A DNA stretch of 63,983 nt, counting the filler, from Octopus bimaculoides (Eukaryota), in NCBI RefSeq assembly GCF_001194135.2. It is 8 parts of 6 records of this genome, joined end to end, with 100 filler letters (N's around TTAATTAATTAA, not from the genome) between each part and the next. Parts side by side here need not be neighbours in the genome. Positions count along the whole stretch, not along the records: positions 11,806 to 22,012 come from NC_068987.1; positions 22,113 to 34,476 come from NC_068988.1; 6 more parts are not named here. One strand, 5' to 3'. Numbering within the stretch: the stretch's first letter is position 1; the number at the start of each line of letters is the position of its first letter. A program made the position numbers and the translations under genes. The notes beneath the pieces are model-generated. The model was not told where the DNA came from and did not search any database. It was given only the letters and a program-made list of their open reading frames with translations. This document shows positions 13,830 through 26,262 of the stretch, in pieces.

Positions 13830-13869
13830 AAGAAGAAGAAGAAGAAGAAGAAGAAGAAGAAGAAGAAGA
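13731..13869. repeat. (AAT)n-(AAG)n compound microsatellite
   Basis: Seen directly; it gives the poly-N/poly-K artefact ORF 13671-13985. Confidence 0.95.
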
Positions 13870-13915
13870 TCGTAAAATACCTTAGGAATGAGAACCCAGG
13901 TTCAAATTTGCCCAG

Positions 13916-13958
13916 GACACCCGAAGAAGGCTGGAGAGTATATCAACCGAAACGTGTT
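13916..13958 (+). ncRNA. Minimal type-I hammerhead ribozyme motif (degenerate)
   Basis: GACAC-CCGAAGA-A-GGCTG-gagagtatat-CAACC-GAAACGT-GTT. The core has U4>C and a 3-nt deletion relative to the sister copy. Confidence 0.65.
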
Positions 13959-14008
13959 AATAAGAAACAAGATGCGGAGAAATAATCGTCATATGTAAAT
14001 AATGTAAA

Positions 14009-16060
14009 CTAGCAGGCGTACCCGGCGTTGCGAGGGAGCGTTTGTTCGAGAAAGCTAGGAAACTAATAAAGTGATTAGCACCCCGCTCCCTTGAGCACCT
14101 TTCACGCTTTATGGCAAGAGTAACACCTCAGTATCACTTTAAGGGAACCGCACGTGTAATATTACGAGAACAATCAAGAGGAAAATAACGCAACAAAAAT
14201 TATAACAGTAATAACGTAAGACTGAAATATGGAACCCGTACGGCAAGTGTACAAAACGTCTTTAGAAACAACACTTTTACTTTTCCACTGGGGCATGAAA
14301 GCATGTAAACTATTCCTACAACCCACTCTTGAGCAGCCGGCGTTCAGTTGACTGTGTGAAAAGCATGGTTCGGCTAAGTAAAGTCCAACGACAGATAGCG
14401 ACTGCCCCTGGGACTTATTAATGGACATGGCGTAACTGAGTTTAATCGGAAACTGCACTCTGCGAAATGTGAACGGTAAGTCAGCAGCTGAAGGCACAAG
14501 GGGAATTCGCAGTATGAAGACGTCTTGACTTTTACTACAGACGATCATAATCGATGCTTCAATGATATTGGGAAGTAATTTTGTGATAACAAGGCGTGTA
14601 CCACTACACAGCGCGGTGGATTTAAATTCCTTACCAGCATAACAGGGCTACCTACTTTAAGAGTAAGAATATGTGGAGGCTCCAAGGAACTCAGAAATTC
14701 AGTGAGATCATCAACTACCTCATCCTGATTGGGAATGGTGTCTTCTGACTTATAGACTGTCACGTCCCTAAGCAAACGCAGTTAGAGGCTGTTGTTAATT
14801 GCACTGACCGCAATGTTTTTAGGAACCAAAGTCAATCTAGATCTCCGTTGTGTACTTCTAGGCCTGGGAAGACCTGGTCCTGAAGACTCTGGCTATTATG
14901 CAAATGTTACTTATGTCAACATCTTCATTTCCATCTTCTGAAACTTCACCATTGCCAAGAAGGAGAATGTCCCTCGCAAAATCTTCTGACAATGGGTCCT
15001 CATAAAGGCGCGCTCATATCTTGGATTCGAACTTTAAAGTCACAACGTGACCCCATGTAGGTGAAGACTTAAGACACGCCATTACTTCATCCACCCTTGT
15101 GCCTTTCGGAATCACTGGCAAGGTTTGTGTAAAGTCTCCATATAGCAAGACAGTGACACCCCGCATCGGTTCGAGGTTTTCCTTTATGTCTCGCAAAGAT
15201 CTATCTAATCCCTCAAGGACACCCCTTTGAGCCATTATGCATTCATCCCAAACAATCAAGAAGCATTGGGGGAGCAATTGCCCGTTGTCCGACGTCTTTG
15301 AAATGTTGCAAACAGGCGTTGGTGAACTTGCGAGGTTAAGAGGAAGCTTAAACATAGAATGTACAGTCCTACAACCAGGGAGCAGAGTAGCAGCTATGCC
15401 CGAGGTTGCCACAGTTATTGCGATGCACTTTTCTAGCCTTATTTTTACAAGAATGAGTCGAGTTACGAACGTTTTGGCAGTCCCGCCAGCAGCGTTAAGG
15501 AAGAAAACGTCACCTTTACGACCCTGGTCTTGCTGAACGATAGTGTCGTAGACGTGCTTCTGGTCAGGTAGCAGGAGTGCCTCATTGATCTGTACATATG
15601 CGGATAGCTCAGTAATGTCGTAAGATGTTTCCCGAACAATATCATATGGGAGATTATTTGAGGTAGGCTTTGCAGCGGGGGGAAGCCTATAAGTGGCCAT
15701 AACGTCACCGCCTAAAGCTAAATTCTTGTTTTGAATTTCAATCAGCACTAGGTTGTATATTGTAACGCTGAAACCATACTCAATTTCATTTTTACCAAAT
15801 AATTTACGAATGAGTGAATGGGTTATTTCCCGTAGAAGCTTAAAAATAATTACGCCCGCCGTTCAACTGCACCCAAAAGTTATTACTCTGTCGTTTACCC
15901 GAACATTTTTTCGAAATCAATTTATACTTAAGGCTTCTCCAGACACATAAGCCGGTAACGTTTAATTAAAAAGGGTGGAGCCGTTTTAGCAGAAAACGAA
16001 GAGATACCGATATACACACGCACACGCACACGCAGGCATTTTCAGTTTTAATATGTAAGA
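14009..16060 (-). mobile_element. Internally deleted Helitron (2052 bp) with both termini and a decayed PIF1-like helicase
   Basis: On the minus strand the 5' end is A|TCTTACATATTAAAAC (16060) and the 3' end is CCCTC-GCAACG-CCGGG-TACGCCTG-CTAG|T (14009). It is inserted in an A|T dinucleotide with no TSD, as Helitrons are. The helicase remnant is inside. Confidence 0.92.
14174..15800 (-). pseudogene. Helitron RepHel PIF1-family helicase remnant, split over at least 3 frames
   Basis: Motifs FFLNAAGGTAKT (degenerate Walker A), VATSGIAATLL, RTVHSMFKLP, IVWDE, LLYGDFTQTLPV, PPHILTLKVGSPVML.RNL, FRRVQFPIKLSYAMSINKSQGQSL. Frameshifted, and no Rep HUH domain is present. Confidence 0.92.
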
Positions 16061-16464
16061 TAATGTCCATCTGGTAATAGTTTTATCTTTACTAAACAAA
16101 GACGCACACTCGATGTCATGGTTCCTTTTCTATTACAGTCCTGATTTGTAGAAAACACTCATTGTTTAGGCAATTAAGAATAATGAACACTATTTTTTGA
16201 TAGATTCTATATCGAATGTAATAGTAATTAAACGCTTGACATTGTTTTTAATATTTTATAAGAGTTTTAATCATTTCCTGGGTATCCATACACTTCCTGG
16301 GCTCACCACATTTTTCCGTATCTCACTCACGATAAGCTCTCTAAATATAAAATACCAACTCAGCTTCGCATTTCTTAAATGATGTAATTACAGTTTTATT
16401 ACCTTTACACATACATACAAGCACACACACTTGCTTCCTCATACAAATACATACACACGCAACA

Positions 16465-16467
<3 letters not shown>

Positions 16468-16535
<68 letters not shown>

Positions 16536-16548
16536 CTCTCTCTCTCTA

Positions 16549-16613
<65 letters not shown>

Positions 16614-16790
16614 TTCTCTCTCTCTCCCTCTCTGTATATATATAGTGAGATAGATAGATACATACATACATACATATATACATACATACACACATGCATG
16701 TATGCATGCATGCATACATACATACATGCATACATACATACATACATATATACATACATACATACATACATATACGTACCCATAACTTTT
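16468..16790. repeat. (TC)n then (CATA)n microsatellites
   Basis: Seen directly. Confidence 0.95.
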
Positions 16791-18614
16791 TTACTGTTCT
16801 ATACTATGTTTATTCTTATTGTTAATCAAGTAGGAATAAAATCATTGGCAAACACAACTAACGCTTCATTAGGTTCTGTATCACAACGAAATTTATATTT
16901 TTAATTAAATTTGCTGACAAATTATTAGATTCCTCGTTATAATAGTAGAATAATATTTCATTTAGTTTCAAATCACCGCCATAAATCGACGATAAAACTA
17001 ATGAGAAATTTAAAGCTTGCTTGAAATATTAAGCAAACTTTTAGGTTTCTTTCTGTGTGTAGTTTAAACAAGGCTTGTAAATTCGTTAAATTAATATTGT
17101 AATTGCAATGTCGTTGAATATTCAATAATGTCGACGGCCGACCACTAATTTCATGATTGATTTTCATTAACCTGAAGAAAAGAAGAAGAAAAAACTGGCT
17201 TGCGGTCATTTCTGAAACGGAGTTGACCTCAGTAATTTGTGATGAAATATTGTATGGGGAAAATAATTTCAATATATTTAAGAATATTTAGATTATTCTG
17301 AACATTGACTTCAAATTTATAAAAAATATGGTATTATTGTCATCAATCTGATTGTTATTTTGCTACAAGAAACTGTAAATCAAGAAATAATGTGAAGTAT
17401 ATTCTAATAATGCTTGACAATTCACTATTATTACAATGTCTTGCCACATATTATGCATCAAGGCAGGAGAAAGACCTCTGCATGGTTGCTCGATTGACTA
17501 GAAATAGCTGTCTATTTTGCATCAAATAACACCATACATAAATATGAAGGGTATATTCTCTAAATAAATTACGCCTAAGTATCAAGATAGAATAGCGAGA
17601 GCCGGAATGTTTTTGATCAAGTTTCGTCTCCATCAGTTCCGAACTGGTGGAGCTGCACAGAAACATCTGCAGTAATTTCTTAAAACATATGGGCATCACG
17701 TAACCTCCTCTCTACACTCAGAAAAGTGAGGGTTTGCTTGCTTCAATGAAGATATCTTTATACTTCTGAAGTGTCTGCTGTGGAGGTATGAAGCATAAAA
17801 TGAAATACAGTATTTCGTTTGGTTCGTCTATACCAAAGACCTAAAGCCTGGCTGAAATATCGAACCAAACCCCGATATTACTAAATTGTCCGTGAGCCAA
17901 ATTCCTAATGATGTTTCTTAACAATGTTCAAGCATAATATATCTATAGCACGTTTCTACATTCCAGAGAAAATAGCAGATTTTTGATCATTGGTTTTTGG
18001 CTCTCTACAAGTTTAGCGTGTAACTGTTCACACAACTGCCATGGCGCAAAATGGCATTCATTTTAATAGCGTTACTTAACCACTGCACCCTGTACATTAA
18101 ATAAATCACTGCGCAATAGCTAGCCCATATTGTAAAACGACAAGTAGCACATAGAATCACATCGGGATTAAAAAACACATTCAAGACAATAAACATACTT
18201 CAGAATTTATACCAAGCAATATTGCACGTCACGTAAAACACCAAATCAAAATAATCACTGTCTAGAGAAAAAGACAGTAACGCATACACAATCAATACAC
18301 AACACAGTAACCCAAAATACAATAACTGGCGTCACATAGATCGTATCCTCCATAGATACCTTCGTATTTTATATAACACATATCGCAGAAACTCTTCTGA
18401 AACACTACTTAATAAAATAACAAAATAACTTCTGCCACCTAATCGTCTTTTCATTGGTCATATTTTTACTTATTTTTAAGACATTACGTGGGATTGCATT
18501 AAGTCGTTTCATGAAGCATCGGATTAAAATATACCGGAAACAGCGAAGGACGGACGCGCACATCCACACGTATTGTGTTGTGCTTCTGGTTTCCAGTGGG
18601 AATTACAGACCTAC

Positions 18615-19045
18615 CCTTTTCTTTTACTCTTTTACTCTTTTACTTGTTTCAGACATTTGACTGTGGCCATGCTGGAGCACCGCCTTTAGTCGAGCAAATC
18701 GATCCCAAGACTTATTCTTTGTAAGCCTAATACTTATTCTATCGGTCTCTTTGGCCGAACCGCTAAATTACGGGGACGTAAACACAACAGCATCGGTTGT
18801 CAAGCGATGTTGGGAGGAACAAACACAGACGCATATACATACATATATATGTATATACATATATATGTATATACATATATACGACGGGATTCTTTCAGTT
18901 TCCGTCTACCAAATCCACTCACAAGCCTTTGGTTGGCCCGAGGCTATAGTTGAAGACACTTGCCCAAGGTGCCAGGCAATGGGACTGAACCCGGAACCAT
19001 GTGGTTCGTAAGCAACCTACTTACTACACATCCACTCCTACGCCT
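18615..19045 (-). mobile_element. SINE family A/B, full length
   Basis: Both halves flank an internal (TA)/(CATA) microsatellite. Confidence 0.9.
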
Positions 19046-21579
19046 GGTATGATTTATTTGTGTGTTTCATGATCTAAATAGTAGTTTCATTCATTCCTAT
19101 GATTGGATGTTGTTACGCTTGCAACAGCTCCATATCATCAATTCTAAATCCTACTAAAATTTCGAAGCGAAATTTTTGCCATTTACGGTTTTGCACTTTT
19201 CTACTAACATTCTGTTATCGTCCAGATATCTGTCCTATCTCTTGAGCTTGTAATAATCCAAAATTATATGTATTATTCGAGTCAAGCAATCGAATATCAC
19301 TCTCGATTCTTGCTACTCATGAAATGTCAAATGAGTCACATTGGATGATATAGAGTTGGTCTCGATACTTAAGTGTCTTGCCGTACCTGCCTTTATAGTT
19401 TCAAGTGGGCTATTCCAATCATAATCATACAATTAGATACTGGAACCCGCTATGATTTGCTCCTAGGGAGTTCGATATTTACATTCCTTCTAGTTCTTGT
19501 AAAATATTTGTTCCTTAGGGATCTTTTCTGCAGACACCTGTGGGTGCGTGTGTGGTCCTATTAGCATTCATCGCATTGACTGCCCTAGAGTCTTTCTCGG
19601 TATAGGCCTCATATTATGCTTCGCAGAAACAGTCATAGTACTGCATGTGACAGTAATATTGATGATGGTGTTCATCTTTAATGTCGGTGAAACATGGCAA
19701 CGGATGTGTATGCAGATATTTTCATTATTACACATAAATGTATCATTACAGTAAAGCTCATACGTATATGTAATTTTTGTGATGATGGCAATAATGCTGG
19801 TGTTATGGTTTATATTTTTAAGACGGTCACTTTAAGCAGGAATTTATTTTCCCGAACGGGAAAAAATCATCATTCTTTGTCATCGTAACTCAATATTTCG
19901 TCACCACTCTTTATTTCTCATTATTCGACTCCGCTTCGAGGTTTGGTTTATGTTTACATTTTAAACATTCAACAGGCATTGTGAATGAGACGAGAAATAT
20001 TGCCACCTGTCTCTGCTAATGACCATTTCTGTCACACATTTCCCAACAAACAACCACTTCACTGATAATCAAGCAACAAGGTTATTTCTGAGTTACGTAA
20101 GCGGAAATACACAGGAAAAAATGCAATCAAGGAAATAACTGCCGCTTCTAGGATTGTAACTAGTACTCCACTCACTCTTGCTACGGATACATACTTTTTT
20201 TATTTGATGTGGTAATTTATGCAGTAGTTACTGCTGTGGATGATAGTGGCGTTGATGCTGCGCTTTTTATATTAGTGGGGGCCATCTTTCTCCTGTACTT
20301 TTCATTTGTTTTGGGTGCAACAGGCTTTCGTTTCTGTTTCCACAGCCATTGCACTATGGCGTTTTATATTCTACTTCTATCTGCAGTTGCTGCCCTCCTG
20401 GAATCTGTCTATTTTAGATTTCACTTCAATCAGAATCAGAATCTTAGATCCCATACCAATCCTATTTTTCTTTCAGAATCATTTTGTTTCTTGCAAACTG
20501 CCAGGATCTTTCAAAAACACACGCTTCACTATTCACCAGAAGTTTAGCACTGTTGATATGTTTGAGATTAATAGTTAGATCATTATTCGCCCCAGGTAAG
20601 CACATGTCAGTGTAAAATCTTCAATTATTTGTCAGACGGTGACGTGCATTTGGGTGAGGGTTAACGAGTGTAATCCGAACTTACAGTCGTGTCTCAAAAT
20701 CTTAATGTCTTAATTATTTTTCTCAAAAAGGGTTCCACTTTAAAGGTACCGGTTCTAATTTGTCTAAATTCTTCGATGAGCATCTATCCTCAGTTGCTTT
20801 ACTTTCTGTATGTCTGAGATGTGTTCTATTATTTTTAGCGTAACTACACTCTCTATGTTTTGCAGATACGTTTCTTCGCTTAATGTAGAGTGAGATAAGT
20901 TTGAAAACCTTCTTCATCTTGTTAGAAAACAAATATTTCTGCTGTGCTTTCAATGCTGCCGTTGTTAGTATTATCGCTGTCGCTGTCGATAGATTAGTGA
21001 CGGTTGCTATACGTGTTCTATTATAAATTCTTGTTATGAAAGCAGCCAGTGGAAGCATCAATATTTCTCTGCTGTTGGTAATAGTGCCATCTTCTTTATT
21101 TGATATGTCATTTTCCTGCTGTTCCTAGTGTTTTGTTTCTTGATTGTTTCCTTTCGAGGCTGGCTTCGTAGTTTTTACTGTTTGTTACCAGCTGATGTTA
21201 ATGCTAATACCTTTAAATTCTACTTCTTCTGTATTATGCCGTTCTAAGGTATGCCTATAAAAGATCGAGTCAACTTAAAAACATCCTCCTATCGTCGTCT
21301 ACCTCTGGCCGGTAGGGAGAAGAAAATCATGTTGAAAATATTTGTATGTCTAGTAAAACTTACATTCTTTTAATATTTTCCCCGTTATGGAAGTAATGAA
21401 AACGGGTAGTACATCCATTATAACCGTAGATTCTGAAGACAGGCAGTAGAAATGTAAAATCAACAAAACAAAAATTCTATACAGGGAAATAAGGCTCATA
21501 CACACCAAACTTCTAAGCAAATTCAGATTTATCGCCATACAACACCAACGACAAGAGCAATAACAACAAAAATACTACT

Positions 21580-21582
21580 ACA

Positions 21583-21627
<45 letters not shown>

Positions 21628-21634
21628 GCTGCTG

Positions 21635-21684
<50 letters not shown>

Positions 21685-21715
21685 GCTGCTTCTGCTGCTG
21701 CTGCTGCTGCTAATG
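21580..21715. repeat. (TAC)n/(TGC)n compound trinucleotide repeat
   Basis: Seen directly. Confidence 0.95.
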
Positions 21716-21726
21716 ATGATAAAAAT

Positions 21727-21930
21727 AATATTCCTTTCTACTGGAATTTGGGAGAAAGAATTTAGTCATTAACATCGACCCGACTGCGCAACTGGTACTA
21801 AATTTATCGACCTCGAAAGGATGAAAGGCAAAGTCGATCTCGATAGAATTTCAAATCAGAATGTAGCAATGGGCGAAATACTGTTGAACATTTCGTCCAG
21901 CGATCTAAAGAATCGGTCCGCACAACGCTT
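21727..21930 (-). mobile_element. SINE family C
   Basis: tttatcgacctcgaaaggatgaaaggcaaagtcga core; adjacent to (AAT)n. Confidence 0.8.
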
Positions 21931-21936
21931 TAAATG

Positions 21937-22012
<76 letters not shown>

Positions 22013-22112
22013 NNNNNNNNNNNNNNNNNNNNNNNNNNNNNNNNNNNNNNNNNNNNTTAATTAATTAANNNNNNNNNNNNNNNNNNNNNNNNNNNNNNNN
22101 NNNNNNNNNNNN

Positions 22113-22146
<34 letters not shown>

Positions 22147-23211
22147 GCATACGTACCTTTCAACGGGTATTTGGTTGTCTCTCGACACCAAGAAAGACGC
22201 TTCTCGAATGTTTTGCTGAACAACTTGCGATTGTGATTTGTTTGTGCTGATCAAATGTTCCTGCCCCACTCACTCTATTAAATCACGTTTCGAAGTGATC
22301 GTAGAGCAACTTGCAATGAAATGTATTGCTCAAGAACACAACACATCTCCTGATCCGAGAGTTTAGCCCTCGATCTCACGACCGTGAATCCAACACCCTA
22401 ACGACCATGCTTTCTTTTGAATATATACATACATACATATGTATATATATATANNNNNNNNNNNNNNNNNNNNNNNNNNNNNNNNNNNNNNNNNNNNNNN
22501 NNNNNNNNNNNNNNNNNNNNNNNNNNNNNNNNNNNNNNNNNNNNNNNNNNNNNNNNNNNNNNNNNNNNNNNNNNNNNNNNNNNNNNNNNNNNNNNNNNNN
22601 NNNNNNNNNNNNNNNNNNNNNNNNNNNNNNNNNNNNNNNNNNNNNNNNNNNNNNNNNNNNNNNNNNNNNNNNNNNNNNNNNNNNNNNNNNNNNNNNNNNN
22701 NNNNNNNNNNNNNNNNNNNNNNNNNNNNNNNNNNNNNNNNNNNNNNNNNNNNNNNNNNNNNNNNNNNNNNNNNNNNNNNNNNNNNNNNNNNNNNNNNNNN
22801 NNNNNNNNNNNNNNNNNNNNNNNNNNNNNNNNNNNNNNNNNNNNNNNNNNNNNNNNNNNNNNNNNNNNNNNNNNNNNNNNNNNNNNNNNNNNNNNNNNNN
22901 NNNNNNNNNNNNNNNNNNNNNNNNNNNNNNNNNNNNNNNNNNNNNNNNNNNNNNNNNNNNNNNNNNNNNNNNNNNNNNNNNNNNNNNNNNNNNNNNNNNN
23001 NNNNNNNNNNNNNNNNNNNNNNNNNNNNNNNNNNNNNNNNNNNNNNNNNNNNNNNNNNNNNNNNNNNNNNNNNNNNNNNNNNNNNNNNNNNNNNNNNNNN
23101 NNNNNNNNNNNNNNNNNNNNNNNNNNNNNNNNNNNNNNNNNNNNNNNNNNNNNNNNNNNNNNNNNNNNNNNNNNNNNNNNNNNNNNNNNNNNNNNNNNNN
23201 NNNNNNNNNNN

Positions 23212-23258
<47 letters not shown>

Positions 23259-23299
23259 CGTGCGTGTGTGTGTTTGTGTGTTTATGTGTGTGATTGCGT

Positions 23300-23530
23300 G
23301 CGCATGTGTGTATGTCTTTGTGTCTGTGTTTGTCCCCCGTTCTACCGATCGACAATCAATGTTGGTGCGTTTACTACTCTGTAACTTAGCGGTTCGGCAT
23401 AAGAAACCGATGGAATAACTACTAGCCTTAGAAAAAAATGTCCTGGGGTCGATTATTTCGACTAAAATTTCTTGAAGGTGGTGCCCCAGCATGGTCACAA
23501 TCTAATGACTGAAGCAAGTAGAAGAAAAGA
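23300..23530 (+). mobile_element. SINE family B part
   Basis: gtgtctgtgtttgtcccc..gtaacttagcggttcggc..aaggtggtgccccagcatggtcac; preceded by (TG)n and a gap. Confidence 0.8.
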
Positions 23531-24228
23531 TAAATGATAAATACACACACACACACACACGTGTTCCATTAAAGACTGTTCGAGTTTCATCTTTGTTTTA
23601 TAACAGATTTTCGTATCAGTTTCTTACAGTTAGTTTGGAACATAAAACGTTACTGAATCCATATTGAAACGTTTCCAGAATTTCTCAGGAACGCATTTTA
23701 GTAGACATTCAAACGACACAATGTTATTAAGCTACCCGACGGCAAAACAAACCTTTCAAGGAGTACGTTGAAAACTTTTTGACCCAACCAACACAGAAAA
23801 TACTCAGAACTGAATCTGAGTGTAGCTGCTTGTAAAATAAGGAGTGAATCAAATGACTTTCTGACCCAAACTAGCTTCTCACCTACATAAATTATGCTTC
23901 ACTTTTTTTTTTACCGGTTTCCTTAAATTATATTCTATATTTAATGATATCTGTGCTGTAGATACATATATAAATATGCTGTATAATTCTGAAATTTTTA
24001 GGATGTCACAATATATTGTGCAATATCTATGCAACTTCCTTCATTTTTATATAACTTTGTGACGTATAACCAACGTATTTTGTAAAACCTTTGTACACAT
24101 TTTTACTGTACGAATAAATGTGCCCTGGTGGCAATAATAAAGAGAATCATTATTACTATTACAATCATTATTATTATTATTATGGTTATGCTGTTGTTTT
24201 TGTTGTTGTTACTGTTGTTGTTGTTGTA

Positions 24229-24281
<53 letters not shown>

Positions 24282-25026
24282 CGTAGTTGTGTATGTATTT
24301 ATTCCTGTTTTATTTGGTATCTATCTTCAATATAGTTCAGTTTTCTTCCTCTATGTCCAACACAAATTATCATCCTTTTCTTTAAATTGTCATAGCATTT
24401 TATTTTTCTAACTTTTGCTGCATACTTATTTCCTTATACATTCATCTTTATTTCCTTATATCTTATATATTCTTATACCTTTTTAAATGTACCTGAAATG
24501 CATTAGATTTTAACATCGGCATCCGGTGGAATTTTACCATAACAGCTACATTAAATCTTCATGATGGCATAATCAGAAACAGTGAGTCATTTCAAAAATT
24601 GATACGTTGGCGTGTGTTGTGTATGAGGACGCGGATATATGTGCGTGTTTCAATGAGTGCGTCTGTAAGGGTGGGCGTGCGTGTCTATGCACACGCTCGT
24701 GCGAGTGTGTGCATATGTGCATGTGTGTGTGTCTGTGTGTGCATGTGCCTTTATGCTTGTGTTTGTGCGTATGAAAATGAAAACGGGAAGGGAGTGTATT
24801 TGTCTTTAAGTACAAAAGGGCGCCTCTATCTCTATCTGTCTCCATGTGTGCGAGGCTTTAGTGTTTTACACACACACACACACACACACACACTAAAGAA
24901 AATATATGTATGTGCGCTACTTTGTGTGTGTATTATTCTGATAAATTCACTTTATAAACAGCGACACATGAATAAGTAGTGACAGTTGCGAAACGAATAA
25001 ATGCGGATGTATACATACATACTTAC

Positions 25027-25061
<35 letters not shown>

Positions 25062-25573
25062 NNNNNNNNNNNNNNNNNNNNNNNNNNNNNNNNNNNNNNN
25101 NNNNNNNNNNNNNNNNNNNNNNNNNNNNNNNNNNNNNNNNNNNNNNNNNNNNNNNNNNNNNNNNNNNNNNNNNNNNNNNNNNNNNNNNNNNNNNNNNNNN
25201 NNNNNNNNNNNNNNNNNNNNNNNNNNNNNNNNNNNNNNNNNNNNNNNNNNNNNNNNNNNNNNNNNNNNNNNNNNNNNNNNNNNNNNNNNNNNNNNNNNNN
25301 NNNNNNNNNNNNNNNNNNNNNNNNNNNNNNNNNNNNNNNNNNNNNNNNNNNNNNNNNNNNNNNNNNNNNNNNNNNNNNNNNNNNNNNNNNNNNNNNNNNN
25401 NNNNNNNNNNNNNNNNNNNNNNNNNNNNNNNNNNNNNNNNNNNNNNNNNNNNNNNNNNNNNNNNNNNNNNNNNNNNNNNNNNNNNNNNNNNNNNNNNNNN
25501 NNNNNNNNNNNNNNNNNNNNNNNNNNNNNNNNNNNNNNNNNNNNNNNNNNNNNNNNNNNNNNNNNNNNNNNNN

Positions 25574-25625
<52 letters not shown>

Positions 25626-25949
25626 GCGCGGGAGAGCATATTCACATACTATGTATAAAAAATGTATGCAGGGAAAAGCTATATACACTGTTCGTTTGAG
25701 AACAACTAAGAAACAAAATGTCCTAACTCATCACCGCTCCTTGACACAGGACACCGAAAACTTGTCTCAGCTACTAACCCGGACAGTGTGCATCCTTTTA
25801 ACCTTATGTACTCATCGCAGCATCCATAGATACTTGCATGTTGACAATGCAACACAAAATCACAGATCTGTCTACACTACACGTATATCTATGTACACCC
25901 AGTATCAAATTCATAGCCACTTGTTTAAAGGGTAAATACCCACTTCGGT

Positions 25950-26262
25950 CATGAATGACCATGGGCTTGCACCTAGAAAGTTACCCTCCGAGACACCAGT
26001 GCGGGCAAGGTTGTTTATGGAAGACCAGCAGTTACTCATGCATACCAGTCTCTCCTCTTCACGCCACCGATGTTATTCAAGGGACAGGGAAAGCCGATAT
26101 TGCTTGGCACCAATGACATCGCAAACTTATTTCTACAGCTGAGTGAGCTGGAAGAACATGAAATAAAATGTCTTGCTCAATAACACACAGCCCGGTCCGG
26201 CATTCGAACTCTCTACCTCATGATTGTAAGCCCGACGATCTAACTACTGAGCCATGCACCTA
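25950..26262 (-). mobile_element. tRNA-derived SINE family E
   Basis: Minus-strand head ggtgcatggctcagtagttagatcgtcgggcttacaatcatgaggtagagagttcgaatgccggaccgg; body ..cagctcactcagctgtag.. Confidence 0.8.

Larger units (their letters stand above)
13489..14008. mobile_element. Composite non-autonomous retroelement: inverted PLE-type tail, tRNA-like head, (AAT)n(AAG)n, PLE-type tail (continues at 16061-16065 after the Helitron)
   Basis: About 13525-13645 is the reverse complement of about 13885-14008. A-box-like TGCCGTAGTTG is at 13663 and B-box-like GTTCAATTC at 13708. The direct repeat TCCATCTGGTAAT occurs at 13476-13488 and 16066-16078. Confidence 0.75.

Noticed and set aside
13671-13985. Poly-Asn/poly-Lys ORF
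   Set aside because: It is a translation of the (AAT)n(AAG)n tract within the retroelement.
20209-21061. Hydrophobic 112-aa plus-strand ORF and 112-aa minus-strand ORF
   Set aside because: Low-complexity composition, antisense frames full of stops, and no recognisable motif or splice support; possibly very old TE debris.
22326-25935. Long ORFs of 200-366 aa in the track (also 48361-49236 and 56321-57099)
   Set aside because: They are read-through of N gaps and dinucleotide repeats.
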